IMG/VR virus record: IMGVR_UViG_3300027891_000004
Coordinates: 32,001-96,000 of that record
Source: a virus
Taxonomy: Duplodnaviria > Caudoviricetes
DNA length: 64,000 nt
Reading direction: 5' to 3' (one strand)
Position numbers and translations under genes: made by a program. The notes beneath the pieces are model-generated. The model was not told the DNA's origin. It ran no database searches and saw only the letters and a program-made list of their open reading frames with translations. Each line of letters starts with the position of its first letter. The first letter of the stretch is position 1. Below are positions 19,801-29,937 of this stretch, piece by piece.

Positions 19801-20883
19801 CGTCCCAGTGGCAGATCCTGCGCTGTTTGTAGCGTGGACACCAGTGCCTGCCGTCCGGTTGTAGGCCCCTCGAACCACCCGGATAGCCACTCCGTTCCCA
19901 ATAGCGAACCCACCAGCGCATACCTTGCCTATGGCTTTAACTGGGTTCGAATTAAATGTCTCACCTGTAATACTGTTTGAACCAGAAGTATCGGAGGCAG
20001 CAGGAGAATCACTTATACGTCGTAATAACAAATCAAAATACCTCATACGCGACGTAGCCGCATGGGGCGCGTACAACCCATCCCCGTAAATCACGGTGCC
20101 TTCGGACAACGAGCGGCTCGAATGCCGGTTAAAAGCCGCAATTAAAAACCGGCCGTCGTCACTTAAAATCGCAGGCAAATTAAAAGATTTTTCAGCACCC
20201 GCCGACCATGTGTTATCCCACATAGTGGGCAACAATACGGGCGATTGGCGGACCGTAATGTGCGCGGGATAACCGTTACTAAACCCATCGGGAACTGCGC
20301 CTAGCACCACGCTATGTATGACCGCCGTGTCCGTATCATCTTTGACATACGTAGTTTGAAAAGAAGGGTTGCCGCCCAGCCGCGACCAGCGGCAGTTTGC
20401 CTCGCTTATGGACATTTCCTTCCCGGTATTTGAAGATGTCCGGGTTCCGTAATACTTAACGTTACTGGAAAGCTGCGAAAGGGATGGGCTAAAATAAGGC
20501 GGTATCTGCGTATTCTTCCCCAATTCAACACGTTTTTCTATCTGTCCCGACAAGTCAAAAAGAAATATACCAAAATCTCCGCTTCCGGTATGCGAAGTTA
20601 CTGTTTGTTGGTATTGATACGGGTAGCTGCCCAGAAGATCACTTATATTATTTTTTTCAAACGTTTTCGAGCCCGATAGCGTATCTGCCGTAGGGAGCGT
20701 AAGATTGCCGGTCAGTAGCCACCTTGCAAACGGTTCCGTAATTTGGTTCTTTTGACGTATGTGCTTTACAACTTTTTTTGTTTCGCGGTCAATTAAAAGG
20801 AATTCAACATAGCCCGCGAATTCAACCGGGTTGCATACTTCTGAAAATTTTATTTTTGCCATTTGTCTATAGGTGTTTATCAA
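16864..20883 (-). CDS. tail fibre/appendage protein paralog 2 with FN3 domains
   Basis: Paralog blocks; VLPNTRYFYSLRGVN and GLTPGTNYFVRIRA. Confidence 0.85.
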   Translation of the reverse strand: MINTYRQMAKIKFSEVCNPVEFAGYVEFLLIDRETKKVVKHIRQKNQITEPFARWLLTGNLTLPTADTLSGSKTFEKNNISDLLGSYPYQYQQTVTSHTGSGDFGIFLFDLSGQIEKRVELGKNTQIPPYFSPSLSQLSSNVKYYGTRTSSNTGKEMSISEANCRWSRLGGNPSFQTTYVKDDTDTAVIHSVVLGAVPDGFSNGYPAHITVRQSPVLLPTMWDNTWSAGAEKSFNLPAILSDDGRFLIAAFNRHSSRSLSEGTVIYGDGLYAPHAATSRMRYFDLLLRRISDSPAASDTSGSNSITGETFNSNPVKAIGKVCAGGFAIGNGVAIRVVRGAYNRTAGTGVHATNSAGSATGTIVKRQLMLCAQYALTTTQDTMETVGASVQYFESSKLELTSSLVKGSTTERAPINSQIYENNAPVMVARRGAAPEDDVVEVFVSMGSGTFEESTETIEGKVVVHPGGTGIEVQKIVIKIGKLRNLLGSGSYTLTNFFGAYPSEITNYGRVAVLPYAIGQFPGNTGGSGNKSDVTITSNYPVSTTFPGNRYTVGSYDVVRDDSYYLPISHILKGTSLHNWSFDEKEAELDVDMLTPMLCSGPDFQPGIHCDAGSLIRHPMSDCIFAIAPFSSAGAFTSPRIAMLVNEEGLSPVCVNATQRWDHSHGLVMSGLNLDTPIEKLGTQILVVRYTYTFEISPPAPAAPSNFVALHYPQLAPSATRVLLDWAKKPHTERYVMRRATAVDSSGELVNSVKIPLLPPMLFPEFYDDGVVDKTVLPNTRYFYSLRGVNTGGSSIAVYANMGNGILTPPLQNQPVAVTNFNVDPPTGARAVALNWEWVQPTPSNDSGMRDDISLFFARYRLQYRKVGSDTWGDVEDLPADDPGWIDVDDSQLLNRDTGTIQITGLTPGTNYFVRIRAEINSNYYIEVPYGGFDAVPYFSEWSGIPGNSFTTASLPEPVPVGDIVVTRTNYHFDRGDMLIEWEDQGAGLMNYQVRWEEDDESTPFDQSDPQQTEVVYTNSISLEKANSVVGFDRLPYDTWSNIRVQVWPFNDSFPMDTPENAAEEASTAHALYRAASESSPPLKCSLHKITGASTKTLLESGPFEYTPNVGFFDTNPGVNNLVSLFLKPNVNAAANDLDLGPTAILAANTDVLNETGSEFYKQRYIRIQLGFNNAIGSDTPTAVKCIAWKMPFFLRKYKRTGSSTSAIHTPWNSPVQCDMKLYGIEDISVPNPPRIEIGNIFDARGLTQTSSNPNTFTNSLSTIRRPLVQVKGPNAAKTFERFELEWTIWNETGQPGWLVEGPGSVPGHLGDNSVQEELQLSLFMWGIIIDGDYTPVIES

Positions 20884-20886
20884 AAG

Positions 20887-23800
20887 TTACGACGCGTGAA
20901 TTATATCAAGGACAGCCCACTCGCTTTCATTTAGGCCCGCCATATCGTAGTATTTCGGGTTGATGACGGCCCTTAGCCGAACCACATAATCTAAATTAGA
21001 AACGTATCCGGGCAGCGGTGCTTGCCTTGTTGTGTGCCGTTCCATATTATAGAAACCGATAGTTCTGAATTCCGAATCTGGTTCACTTGCAAACTTAAAT
21101 TGTAACTCCCATTTTAAAAAGAATCGCGTAATATCATCTTTTACAAACGGCGCAACGTTCATTTGAGGCCATTGCCAACTAACAATGTCATTATACCATA
21201 CCAAGTTGGTAGGGGCAACCGGCTTATCAACTAAAGCCGAAGTTATTATTTCACGAACGGTAGGCAAACTAAAATCCACACCGTTCCAAACTTTCATACG
21301 ATAGTAGTATTTGGTTTTTGGCAAGACGGTGCCGTCGCTAAACCTCATAACATCATGTTCGCTATCGAAAGAGGCACGCCGGGCATTCAAAGAAACGGTA
21401 TTGCCTCGAGCGAACAAATCCGACAACGCGCGGGTCAGCACAACAGAATTAGGGAACGGAACAGGGGGCCATGTAAAAGAACAAGATGTTGCCGAATTTA
21501 CCGTTACCTCAAAATCAACAGCCGACGGCGGTTCATCGTATACCTCCATTTCATACGAATAACTTACGTACAGCCGCTGGTCCTCGTTCTTAGTAACCGG
21601 TTCCTCCAAATTTAACGCGGACATCATCCATGACCATTGCGGCTGCCACCGCTGCATTTGGTTGACCGTGATCGGCACAAGACCGTCCGCCGTTGACAAC
21701 AAGGCTATTTTAACCCCGTCCACCCCGAACGGAAAATTCCGGATAAATTCAAATTCCGAATCTAATACTACGCCATGCTGGTATGTATCTGAAGAGCACA
21801 GCACAACATCTCTTGCGCTTTCTACTTCGTCATCGTAAAACCACGTAAAAGTAGAAACACCTCGTAAAAAATGGGTTACGGGCAGGTAGTACAGACCGTA
21901 CCCGGCTTCGCCGTGTGGGTCATAACCGCCGACAACGTAATCGCCGCCGAGTGTCGTCGTGTCGATCTCGGCATCTTTTTGTGAAGTCGTCCGGCCGACG
22001 GCGAACGGCAACACGGCGACCCTCCCGTGATACTGAAAAATACTGGGGTTGTTTCTGATATTAGGTCCGAACCCGGCGGTTGTCCAACGAACGTAAAAGG
22101 CGTTCAGAGTAAACTTGTGCAATTCAACGCCCACGCCTCCGGGGTGGACCCCGTGCTCGTCTTCGTATTCCTCAAATTCGCCCACGCCGAGCGACATGAA
22201 AATTTCAATTTTGTCTTCCCGCTCGGAATTCCCACGAACGGCGACCATTACGGGCGCGTTTTCCTGCCAAATAGAAAGCGGGATACTATTTCCGCCGGTG
22301 GCGTATACGATGTCCGTCTCAAACTGTTGCTTCATTCCGGACCCACCGCCGGAAAGACTATCTTGGTAGTCGATCACAAACGTTCTACCGATACACCGAA
22401 AGACGCCGGTTTCCTTACCGTCTTTTATACGCTGCTCCAACCGGTCCCGTTCATTCTGCAGGTTTAGAAGATCATTTTCTAAAATAGCAATCGAATTTAA
22501 TGTGGATGCTACAAAGTTATCGATTAAACCACTCTCATCTTCTGAACCGTACACAACTGCAATCGCCTGCATTACGTATGCGTACACTGTGTAATACGCC
22601 TCTATACGAGCCATATCGATGGCCTTATTTAACGCTAACTGTAACAAGAAATCTGCCTCGATTTCTGTTATAAGCCCGTTATTCAAATCATCATGGATTT
22701 CCTGTACAATATCTGTATATATGCTTCCCAATATCCCAATAATAGTCGTTTCTAAGTCTTGGATAATTTGCGCCACACCATTTTCCAGCTCCTGCCTCAA
22801 GTTGACGATCCTTCCAGACGTTGACACAATATCGGCATTAACTTGATCCAGTTGATCTTCCAGTTCGTCCAAATGTTCAAATATCGCTCGGCCCTTGTTG
22901 ACGCGGAACGCCTTCCCGTTCCCGATAGCGAACCCCCCGGAAACAAGGGGTGCAACAAAACTTTCCGGGGTCGTAGTGTACCGTTCGCCCGTAATGATGT
23001 TGGTAAACGAAGGCATTCCCGCTCTATTGTCGTCAAATTGCAGCGACAACAGATCGTAGAAATTGATAAAACCGTATGGGCCGACGGCGTACAGACCATC
23101 GCCAAACCGTCCCTCTCGGTACAGCATACCTGGCGGGTCAACAAAAGTAGATTTTTCCGGTTTGATAGTTGCGGACGCACGCAAAAACGGGGCAATCAAA
23201 AAGTAATCCGACCGTTTGTTTGCGACAATGGCGGGCACCCCCGATTGGGAAGGGTCTTTCCACCAATTATGCCATGCGGTATCCCACGATTCGGGCAGCT
23301 CTGCAGGCGACTGGGCTATGGCAATCGCCGTCTTATCCCTATTTCCTGGCATCGCGCCCATAACGACGCTACTAAACGTACCCGCCCCGTTGTCCTTGTA
23401 ATAGCACGTTGTGAATTTAGGGTTCGACCGTACTTTATCCCAATGACTCGCGTGTCGATGATCGGGCACTAAAAATCGCGGGTCATCTGCTTCTTTCGTA
23501 TACGAATTGCCGTAAAAGACAACAACGGATTCCTCTTCATCTCGTTCTGTGGTTATGGAATTCAAAGAAATATCGAACGTAGGAGGGATATAAGATTGCG
23601 GGTTTACAAAAACAAGGCGGGACATCAAAAACATACTAAACTGGCCGGTGCCTGAAGTATGACGTACTATTTGGTACCCCTGCATTAAATTTGTATCGTA
23701 GACAACGTTCGTGTCTTTGTCAACAAGCGGCGACGTTGCTTTCAAATACGGATTGCTTCGCAAAAACAAACTAATCGGATTGGCGTTCACGTGATCCAAT

Positions 23801-24018
23801 ACTATTTGTTCCCCCTGGTATACTTCTTCCTCCTCGTATACCTTCATACGCTTAACAGCGACCGAATCTTTTGGAGTGGGGTTGGCAAGCAGAAGCCATC
23901 GGGCGAACGCTTCCGTTATCTGGTTCCGTTGGCGCACGTGTTTATCTACCCGCCCGGTTTTTTTATCAACCAGCCAAATATCAACGTACCCGTTAAGAAG
24001 AACCAACGAATTTGCCAC
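20887..24018 (-). CDS. tail fibre/appendage protein paralog 1 with FN3 domains and a coiled-coil insertion
   Basis: Paralog blocks; VLPKTKYYYRMKVWN; helical insert at about aa 380-535. Confidence 0.85.
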   Translation of the reverse strand: MANSLVLLNGYVDIWLVDKKTGRVDKHVRQRNQITEAFARWLLLANPTPKDSVAVKRMKVYEEEEVYQGEQIVLDHVNANPISLFLRSNPYLKATSPLVDKDTNVVYDTNLMQGYQIVRHTSGTGQFSMFLMSRLVFVNPQSYIPPTFDISLNSITTERDEEESVVVFYGNSYTKEADDPRFLVPDHRHASHWDKVRSNPKFTTCYYKDNGAGTFSSVVMGAMPGNRDKTAIAIAQSPAELPESWDTAWHNWWKDPSQSGVPAIVANKRSDYFLIAPFLRASATIKPEKSTFVDPPGMLYREGRFGDGLYAVGPYGFINFYDLLSLQFDDNRAGMPSFTNIITGERYTTTPESFVAPLVSGGFAIGNGKAFRVNKGRAIFEHLDELEDQLDQVNADIVSTSGRIVNLRQELENGVAQIIQDLETTIIGILGSIYTDIVQEIHDDLNNGLITEIEADFLLQLALNKAIDMARIEAYYTVYAYVMQAIAVVYGSEDESGLIDNFVASTLNSIAILENDLLNLQNERDRLEQRIKDGKETGVFRCIGRTFVIDYQDSLSGGGSGMKQQFETDIVYATGGNSIPLSIWQENAPVMVAVRGNSEREDKIEIFMSLGVGEFEEYEDEHGVHPGGVGVELHKFTLNAFYVRWTTAGFGPNIRNNPSIFQYHGRVAVLPFAVGRTTSQKDAEIDTTTLGGDYVVGGYDPHGEAGYGLYYLPVTHFLRGVSTFTWFYDDEVESARDVVLCSSDTYQHGVVLDSEFEFIRNFPFGVDGVKIALLSTADGLVPITVNQMQRWQPQWSWMMSALNLEEPVTKNEDQRLYVSYSYEMEVYDEPPSAVDFEVTVNSATSCSFTWPPVPFPNSVVLTRALSDLFARGNTVSLNARRASFDSEHDVMRFSDGTVLPKTKYYYRMKVWNGVDFSLPTVREIITSALVDKPVAPTNLVWYNDIVSWQWPQMNVAPFVKDDITRFFLKWELQFKFASEPDSEFRTIGFYNMERHTTRQAPLPGYVSNLDYVVRLRAVINPKYYDMAGLNESEWAVLDIIHAS

Positions 24019-24020
24019 AG

Positions 24021-25346
24021 CTAAAACAGGTAAATGGACCCGGTTAAATCCTCATATCCCATAACATTGGAAGGCGGCTCACGAGGGGGCGTTTCATTCG
24101 GATCGCCGACGAATACATGTTCTTGGGAAATATCCGTCAAAAGCGTAACATCCGGCTGCGTGATGTGTGGCGCAACCGGTTGGTGTACTATATCCCAAAG
24201 CAGCAACGGCTCACTCATTTCATGGAATACGCTACCGCGATGCCCTATTTCCTCGTAATACGTCAAAATATCCTCAACGCCACCATGTAGCGTGTCGTTC
24301 TTAATCTCGCCGCTTGCCCAAATAAACACGGGTTCCACAAAAGCAACCGAAACTCCGAATCTAGGTGTCTCAAACCTGTCTCGAATACGGAGGTGAATAT
24401 CGTAAATATCGTGTATGGTGCTTTCGGTAGTCCCGTAAGAAATTAGGCTACTTGCCGACCAGCCGTCCCGAACATCGAATATAGCATTTGTAAGCGCATG
24501 GTACTGGACGAAATCATCTATCGTAAAATGAGAATATACATCCTTTTCGATAATTACCTGCCATTGATAATTTACATGACCTTTGACCGTAAACGAATCG
24601 TAAACATCATGCGATATCGTAACAAGATACGAATGAGTTACGAAATCTTTTTTTGAACGGAGCCAACTTACGCCTGCATCAAAATAAACAAAATCTACGG
24701 AATAGGCCGACGTGCTATCTGAGATAACCAGAATATCGTCCAAAAAGGCGCGGCTGCTACTGGGTATAGTCATCGGAGCCTCCAGCCAACCGATTGGGGT
24801 AGACCAACCCAATTCATCGGGGGAACCGATGAAATTTGTCACTCGGTACACGTACTTGCCCGGCGCAACATACAAAACCGTAAACTGCCTACTAAAAACG
24901 CGGACCGTATACGAGCCTGCGTATTCATCCGTTCCGGTAAACATAATATCCGTAAAATCAGGGGTAAGACCCCACTGCCACCAGATACGCGTCATACCCG
25001 TAACGGGATCGTAGCGATACCCAATTTTACGGAGGAGAATATCGTCCGGCGTAAACGTTTTCAACGTTTTCAACGGTCCGATTATTTGCGAAGTGCAACC
25101 GGACCTATTACACGCGGTAAGTTTGAAATAATACGCCGTATTTGGTTCTAACGCGGTTGCCGTAAACGTATGCGCATCGCCCGAAAGTGGAAATTCGTCG
25201 ATAACCACGTCCGTTTGCCATATAGCCACTGGCGGATTCTTTGTTGTATCCCAGCCTACAACGTATTTGTCAAACAAACGCGACGTGCTTACGGAGACGG
25301 TATAATAAGAAACGAAGGTCGGGTCGGCCAAAACAAAGCTCCGCAA
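24021..25346 (-). CDS. FN3-domain tail protein
   Basis: ALEPNTAYYFKLTACNRSG FN3 signature; position in the tail operon. Confidence 0.75.
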   Translation of the reverse strand: MRSFVLADPTFVSYYTVSVSTSRLFDKYVVGWDTTKNPPVAIWQTDVVIDEFPLSGDAHTFTATALEPNTAYYFKLTACNRSGCTSQIIGPLKTLKTFTPDDILLRKIGYRYDPVTGMTRIWWQWGLTPDFTDIMFTGTDEYAGSYTVRVFSRQFTVLYVAPGKYVYRVTNFIGSPDELGWSTPIGWLEAPMTIPSSSRAFLDDILVISDSTSAYSVDFVYFDAGVSWLRSKKDFVTHSYLVTISHDVYDSFTVKGHVNYQWQVIIEKDVYSHFTIDDFVQYHALTNAIFDVRDGWSASSLISYGTTESTIHDIYDIHLRIRDRFETPRFGVSVAFVEPVFIWASGEIKNDTLHGGVEDILTYYEEIGHRGSVFHEMSEPLLLWDIVHQPVAPHITQPDVTLLTDISQEHVFVGDPNETPPREPPSNVMGYEDLTGSIYLF

Positions 25347-25352
25347 CGAAAT

Positions 25353-27908
25353 TTACAATGTAGTAAGCGTGCTACAGGGGACGTAACACGCAGCGGCGAG
25401 CATCAGTTGGAAATTAGTATCGTCCCTTACCAACCGGTATTGTTGACCCACCAATTGCGGGGCACAATTCTCCTGCGCCGTCGCCTTATAAAAACAGGAG
25501 GGGGTCTTGCTGGGCACCGCGTACCCGAACGGGACAAAAGTCAGATTGACCGAGTTCGGGTACTCCAACGAGAACCGGTCCCGCTTCATAAAAAGCGCGA
25601 TACTCGCCTTATTTTCACAATCGTTGAACGCCCCGAACGGCTCCCGCATATCCGGCTTACTATTGCCTTCCGTAAGTCTCATCGCGGCGTAGTAAATATG
25701 GTTCGGCTCACGGAGATTCGGTAGTTCTTTAATATATGCCCGCTTAGTGATCCAAAAATCATCTTCCGTTATTATTTTCTGAACATCAATTTCGTCGTTC
25801 GTTGGTCGCCGTCGGGCGATGTCCACAAATTTGATGTGCGGGGTGCCTTCTATATCCGTTAAATAGCGTTCCGGTGGAGTTACCTCCGCGTACACAAAAT
25901 CAACGGGGTACTCATACCACGTTTTTGTGGGATCGTCGGGGTCTTTGATAAAATCACGGTGAACGTAATATAACAGTTCGATAGCTTTCATTTCGTACTG
26001 AATACGTTCGCCGGGTATGAGTATTTCGTTCCGGTCGCTTTCTTTACAAAACGCCGGTATCCATTGTTTTGTCTCTTTATGCGCGAGCCGTGGCTTCGAC
26101 GTTACCATCATCCGGTTCACGGACGTAATACCGGGCCAGAACGGAAACGAATTGATCTGATCGTATTCGATATATTTTGGTGTAAACTCCCACGTACATT
26201 CCCCGGTCTGCGGATCGCATGAAACAAGGTCATACATGCCGTAATTGGTATCGCCGTTGATCGGCTGCTGCGGATTCCGCTTGTACGTTTTGATGCTGCC
26301 GCCATCTTCATATTCAAATGTGGCCTCGCCTGTACTTGCATCGGCTTCTTTAAACACGCCGATAATAGCCGGGTTCGGACGTGGTAACTTAATAATCTCT
26401 TTTTCCACCTGCGGCGAGCTGCCACCGGCACCACTGCCCCAATCATATTCAAATTTCAGCCAGCCGCAGGTGGACGGTTCTTCTGAACCATCGATAAGCT
26501 GATGGATGCCGGGCGTGTTTCCCAACGCATCGACGCGGACACGTCGCATGTACGCCGGTTTGGTTTTTGTGAACGGGTCCAAAAACATTTGCACGCCAGT
26601 AGTATGTGGCGTATACTTACCCCCCCCTTCATAAACAACGTATTCTTCGTCCGTACTCGATTTGAAAGAGAATAACTGCGTCCAAACCCACCCAGTTTCG
26701 ATATTATGGTGCCTGCCATCAAGGTATTCTTGCGGGACTTTGGTAGGGGCCGCGTCGCCCTTTTTTATCATCGCAAACGTTTCGATGGGCACTTTGTCTG
26801 CGCCCGAATAATACGCACATTGCGGCAAACCCAGATCGCCCAAAACGGGTTCGATCAGTCCCATACTTTTTGCGCCCAGATACGACGCGGCTATTTGGGT
26901 GGCGTCCAATACGTCATGTTGCAGAAATCCCAATTTGTCGGCATCGGAAGATGTGCCCCTCGACTTTGTGTACCCGTTCGGACGCGGGTTGACGTCGGCG
27001 AACGACAATTGTGGCGAAATAGGCAATACCACGAGGGCCTCCCCACCCTCCAAGTCGGTATCGGGCACCGGTTTGTACAACGCCTCGACATACCCGGACG
27101 TTCCCGGAAGGTCATCCGGTATTATCGGGTCTACCATAGAACCAATACCGGATATATTTCCGTTTATATCCACCCCCGGCGGGCGCGGCCATACGTTATC
27201 AAGGTAGAACCCCTGCTGATCTCCCAAACGAGGGTCGGCAGGGTGCGGGCTCATCTCAAAACCGATCTCGACCTTACCTCTAATCGGCCCGTACCCTTCC
27301 AACCGGAGCGGATTGAAAAGCGGGTCGGCATTCATAGCGTTCAAAACGGGTGCTTCGGGCGGCCCTGTCACCTGATGCCTGAGAACGATGAATTCTGCCT
27401 TTAGCTCATTGCTTGAGGCGATCAGCCGTTCTCCGTCCCATTCGCACAACTGGCCCTCCGCCATAAAACCGGGCTGCGCTCGCAGGACGTATTTCTTGCC
27501 GGGGATCAACGCTTCGCACGCGATCATCTTCCGTTCGCCCTTACCCGTTATTTGCGGCGGCGAATAGGGCGCGCCGGTTATATCCGTTTTTTGCGAGCCT
27601 ACGACGTCTATACTCGAATTGCCGAGCGTGTAGAAAGGCTGCGAACCGCGACGGCGGACGGTGGACCATTTATGCGCGGATTCCGTCGGCTTGCAATAGA
27701 TAACCGAATGCGACTTTACGGTCCCCACGTCGGAATCTGTCAAATCCGCCATCGATTGTTCGTTAAGCGGGGACGGAATAATGAAATTCATACCGTCCCC
27801 AAATATCCCGTTCTGCGCGGACGGACCGCCTGAGTTGCGGAGCAACCTGTTGACCGTATCGGCCTGTAATTGTTCGCCGGGCTTGTAGGGACGGAGTGGA
27901 AGCGTCAT
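25353..27908 (-). CDS. tail tip/hub-type structural protein
   Basis: 851-aa ORF in the post-tape-measure module; N-terminal KPGEQLQADTVNRL resembles phage tail protein N-termini. Confidence 0.7.
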   Translation of the reverse strand: MTLPLRPYKPGEQLQADTVNRLLRNSGGPSAQNGIFGDGMNFIIPSPLNEQSMADLTDSDVGTVKSHSVIYCKPTESAHKWSTVRRRGSQPFYTLGNSSIDVVGSQKTDITGAPYSPPQITGKGERKMIACEALIPGKKYVLRAQPGFMAEGQLCEWDGERLIASSNELKAEFIVLRHQVTGPPEAPVLNAMNADPLFNPLRLEGYGPIRGKVEIGFEMSPHPADPRLGDQQGFYLDNVWPRPPGVDINGNISGIGSMVDPIIPDDLPGTSGYVEALYKPVPDTDLEGGEALVVLPISPQLSFADVNPRPNGYTKSRGTSSDADKLGFLQHDVLDATQIAASYLGAKSMGLIEPVLGDLGLPQCAYYSGADKVPIETFAMIKKGDAAPTKVPQEYLDGRHHNIETGWVWTQLFSFKSSTDEEYVVYEGGGKYTPHTTGVQMFLDPFTKTKPAYMRRVRVDALGNTPGIHQLIDGSEEPSTCGWLKFEYDWGSGAGGSSPQVEKEIIKLPRPNPAIIGVFKEADASTGEATFEYEDGGSIKTYKRNPQQPINGDTNYGMYDLVSCDPQTGECTWEFTPKYIEYDQINSFPFWPGITSVNRMMVTSKPRLAHKETKQWIPAFCKESDRNEILIPGERIQYEMKAIELLYYVHRDFIKDPDDPTKTWYEYPVDFVYAEVTPPERYLTDIEGTPHIKFVDIARRRPTNDEIDVQKIITEDDFWITKRAYIKELPNLREPNHIYYAAMRLTEGNSKPDMREPFGAFNDCENKASIALFMKRDRFSLEYPNSVNLTFVPFGYAVPSKTPSCFYKATAQENCAPQLVGQQYRLVRDDTNFQLMLAAACYVPCSTLTTL

Positions 27909-27921
27909 TAGCTAAGTTAGT

Positions 27922-29142
27922 TTAGGATTCAAGAACAATAGGCAGTTTATCCCACGTGAACACGTTAGAGCCTATAAATAAGGCATCGTCAACTACGGCG
28001 TTGGTCAAGTAGGTGTCTACAACCAACTTTCGTAACGACACGAAAATATTTCGATACAACCAAAAATAGGTACCGTTCCCCGTTTTAGCTTTCGGATCGT
28101 AATCTGGATTGTACCGAAATGTTCTTACGATATAATCATCGCCCATCATTTGATCTTCGGCGAGCGGCCCCGCCACGGGGAGACCATCAAGGGGGCCTCC
28201 CTCATGCAAGCCTTGATCCGGGCGGCTGTCGAAAGTCAAAACGGGGAACGGAGCTGGCGTGTACAGCCAATACGGGGCACCTTTGTACATAATCCGATCC
28301 ACCCCGTGCGGGCGTTGGAAATTGTTCCAACCAATCGGGTTCCAGTTTAGTTCAAACTGTAGATTCCATTGCGACGACACGGTAGGATCGTCGGTCAAAT
28401 TGATCTGCCGGTCCATAGAGACGGGGTTAAAAAGTAACTGACCGGGCTGCGCAACAAAAGAAGGAACGTACACAGGCTCCCCATCACTATCGTACACAGG
28501 CTTCCCTGTTAGCGGATCAATCTTTATCTGGGCCGATATAATATCTGACCATACATTCGAGTTGCATTTCCCGGCCAGTAGGAAGAACCAACGGGGGATA
28601 CGGCGGACCCCGCTAAGGGTCCGCGATATTTTGAGTGAAAACGACATAGCTGCGGGTGCCTCCTTATCCAACACGGGCGACCCGTCCGAATGCCAGTAAT
28701 AGCCCCAAGAAGGCAGCGTTCGCATCCCGATACTCGGCGTAACGGTTTGTTGTACCGCGCCGTTAAATCTGGCCACGCCTTCGTAGCTTGCGTCAATCTG
28801 GCACATGGTATGCGGCTGCCATACAAGATTGCTCGATTGATTCCAACCGACGGGCGGTGTCTGTCCTTCGGCTCCGAGCGGTTTCGACGACAGCGAAGAA
28901 CATATAGGGGGGTAATAAGTACTAAAAAAGAATGCGTCCTCGTCCACGCTATTAAACATAGGTTGGTATATGGACCGGGACGCTCTTTGCATGACCATGG
29001 CGCGGTGTTTCCATTCGCAAATATACGATATACTTGCGGTAAACTTCTCTTTCGCCCACTGCTCGGACCGGCTCCCGTTTACCTCCCAAACGAAACCGAC
29101 AGGTAGCCACGAAGTATAGTTTGGACGTACAGTATCAGCCAT
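27922..29142 (-). CDS. distal-tail-like structural protein
   Basis: First large gene of the tail operon downstream of the tape measure gene; beta-rich. Confidence 0.65.
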   Translation of the reverse strand: MADTVRPNYTSWLPVGFVWEVNGSRSEQWAKEKFTASISYICEWKHRAMVMQRASRSIYQPMFNSVDEDAFFFSTYYPPICSSLSSKPLGAEGQTPPVGWNQSSNLVWQPHTMCQIDASYEGVARFNGAVQQTVTPSIGMRTLPSWGYYWHSDGSPVLDKEAPAAMSFSLKISRTLSGVRRIPRWFFLLAGKCNSNVWSDIISAQIKIDPLTGKPVYDSDGEPVYVPSFVAQPGQLLFNPVSMDRQINLTDDPTVSSQWNLQFELNWNPIGWNNFQRPHGVDRIMYKGAPYWLYTPAPFPVLTFDSRPDQGLHEGGPLDGLPVAGPLAEDQMMGDDYIVRTFRYNPDYDPKAKTGNGTYFWLYRNIFVSLRKLVVDTYLTNAVVDDALFIGSNVFTWDKLPIVLES

Positions 29143-29409
29143 AGCAGGGGCAGGGGAATATGTTTACGGGAATGTTTATGCCGAGGCAACCGACATATTA
29201 TATCAAGAACTGTGAAAGAAACAACCGAACCGCCAAAAATTTAGTAGCATCCGCCAAATAAAGTTTGCGAAATTCCGTTCTGAAAAACTTTTATAGAGCC
29301 GAAAGGTTTGGCCAGCGGTTCCTTGATAGGAGGCTTTTACGTCACATGGAACTCACGGCGAAGGTTTTTATGTTAATCTAACCATTTAGGTTCTGACCTA
29401 TTGCAACGT

Positions 29410-29931
29410 TCAATGGCAACTGCCTTCAGTTATAGGTCCTATCCATTTCATTATGTTTTTACGAGGGAATTCCCAAGCAACTTCTTCCGGAGGCAGTGAT
29501 GATTGGAATACGGGGTATCGTTGTCTGCCGTATTTTTCTACCAATTCGTGCGCTTCTTGTTTGTCTTTGGCCCTGACGCAAAATGCACCCGAACGAAAAT
29601 AAGTAATCTCTACCTCATAGCATTTTTTTGCATCAGACTTTCCCGCATCGCGAATCATCGCGGGCAGTACACGTTTAGATTCTCTTACCGCATTAATGCC
29701 GTGTACATTCGGTGGGCTGCCCACGGCCCGAAACTCCCACCCGATAAGAGGCGATTTTTTATTTGAATTTTTTTCGGGGAATGTAAAGCAAGCTCTTGAA
29801 GAGTATTTCCTACATTGATTTTCTACCAATGTGATTGCTTCTGTTGTGCCTGTCGCGTAAACAAAAAATTTCCCTGTATACGTAAGCATAACGGGCACTT
29901 TATAGTTATTCTTTTTCATTGCCTTTTCCAT
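29410..29931 (-). CDS. leaderless partner of the HigB-like cargo; two tandem DpnD/PcfM-like repeats
   Basis: YKVPVMLTYTGKFFVYATGTTEAITLVE versus YEVEITYFRSGAFCVRAKDKQEAHELVE; starts 6 nt after the toxin stop. Confidence 0.7.
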   Translation of the reverse strand: MEKAMKKNNYKVPVMLTYTGKFFVYATGTTEAITLVENQCRKYSSRACFTFPEKNSNKKSPLIGWEFRAVGSPPNVHGINAVRESKRVLPAMIRDAGKSDAKKCYEVEITYFRSGAFCVRAKDKQEAHELVEKYGRQRYPVFQSSLPPEEVAWEFPRKNIMKWIGPITEGSCH

Positions 29932-29937
29932 GTGTTG

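Noticed and set aside
25353-29142. Host assignment (tail proteins reminiscent of Planctomycetota-associated phages)
   Set aside because: Impression only; cannot be supported without database searches.
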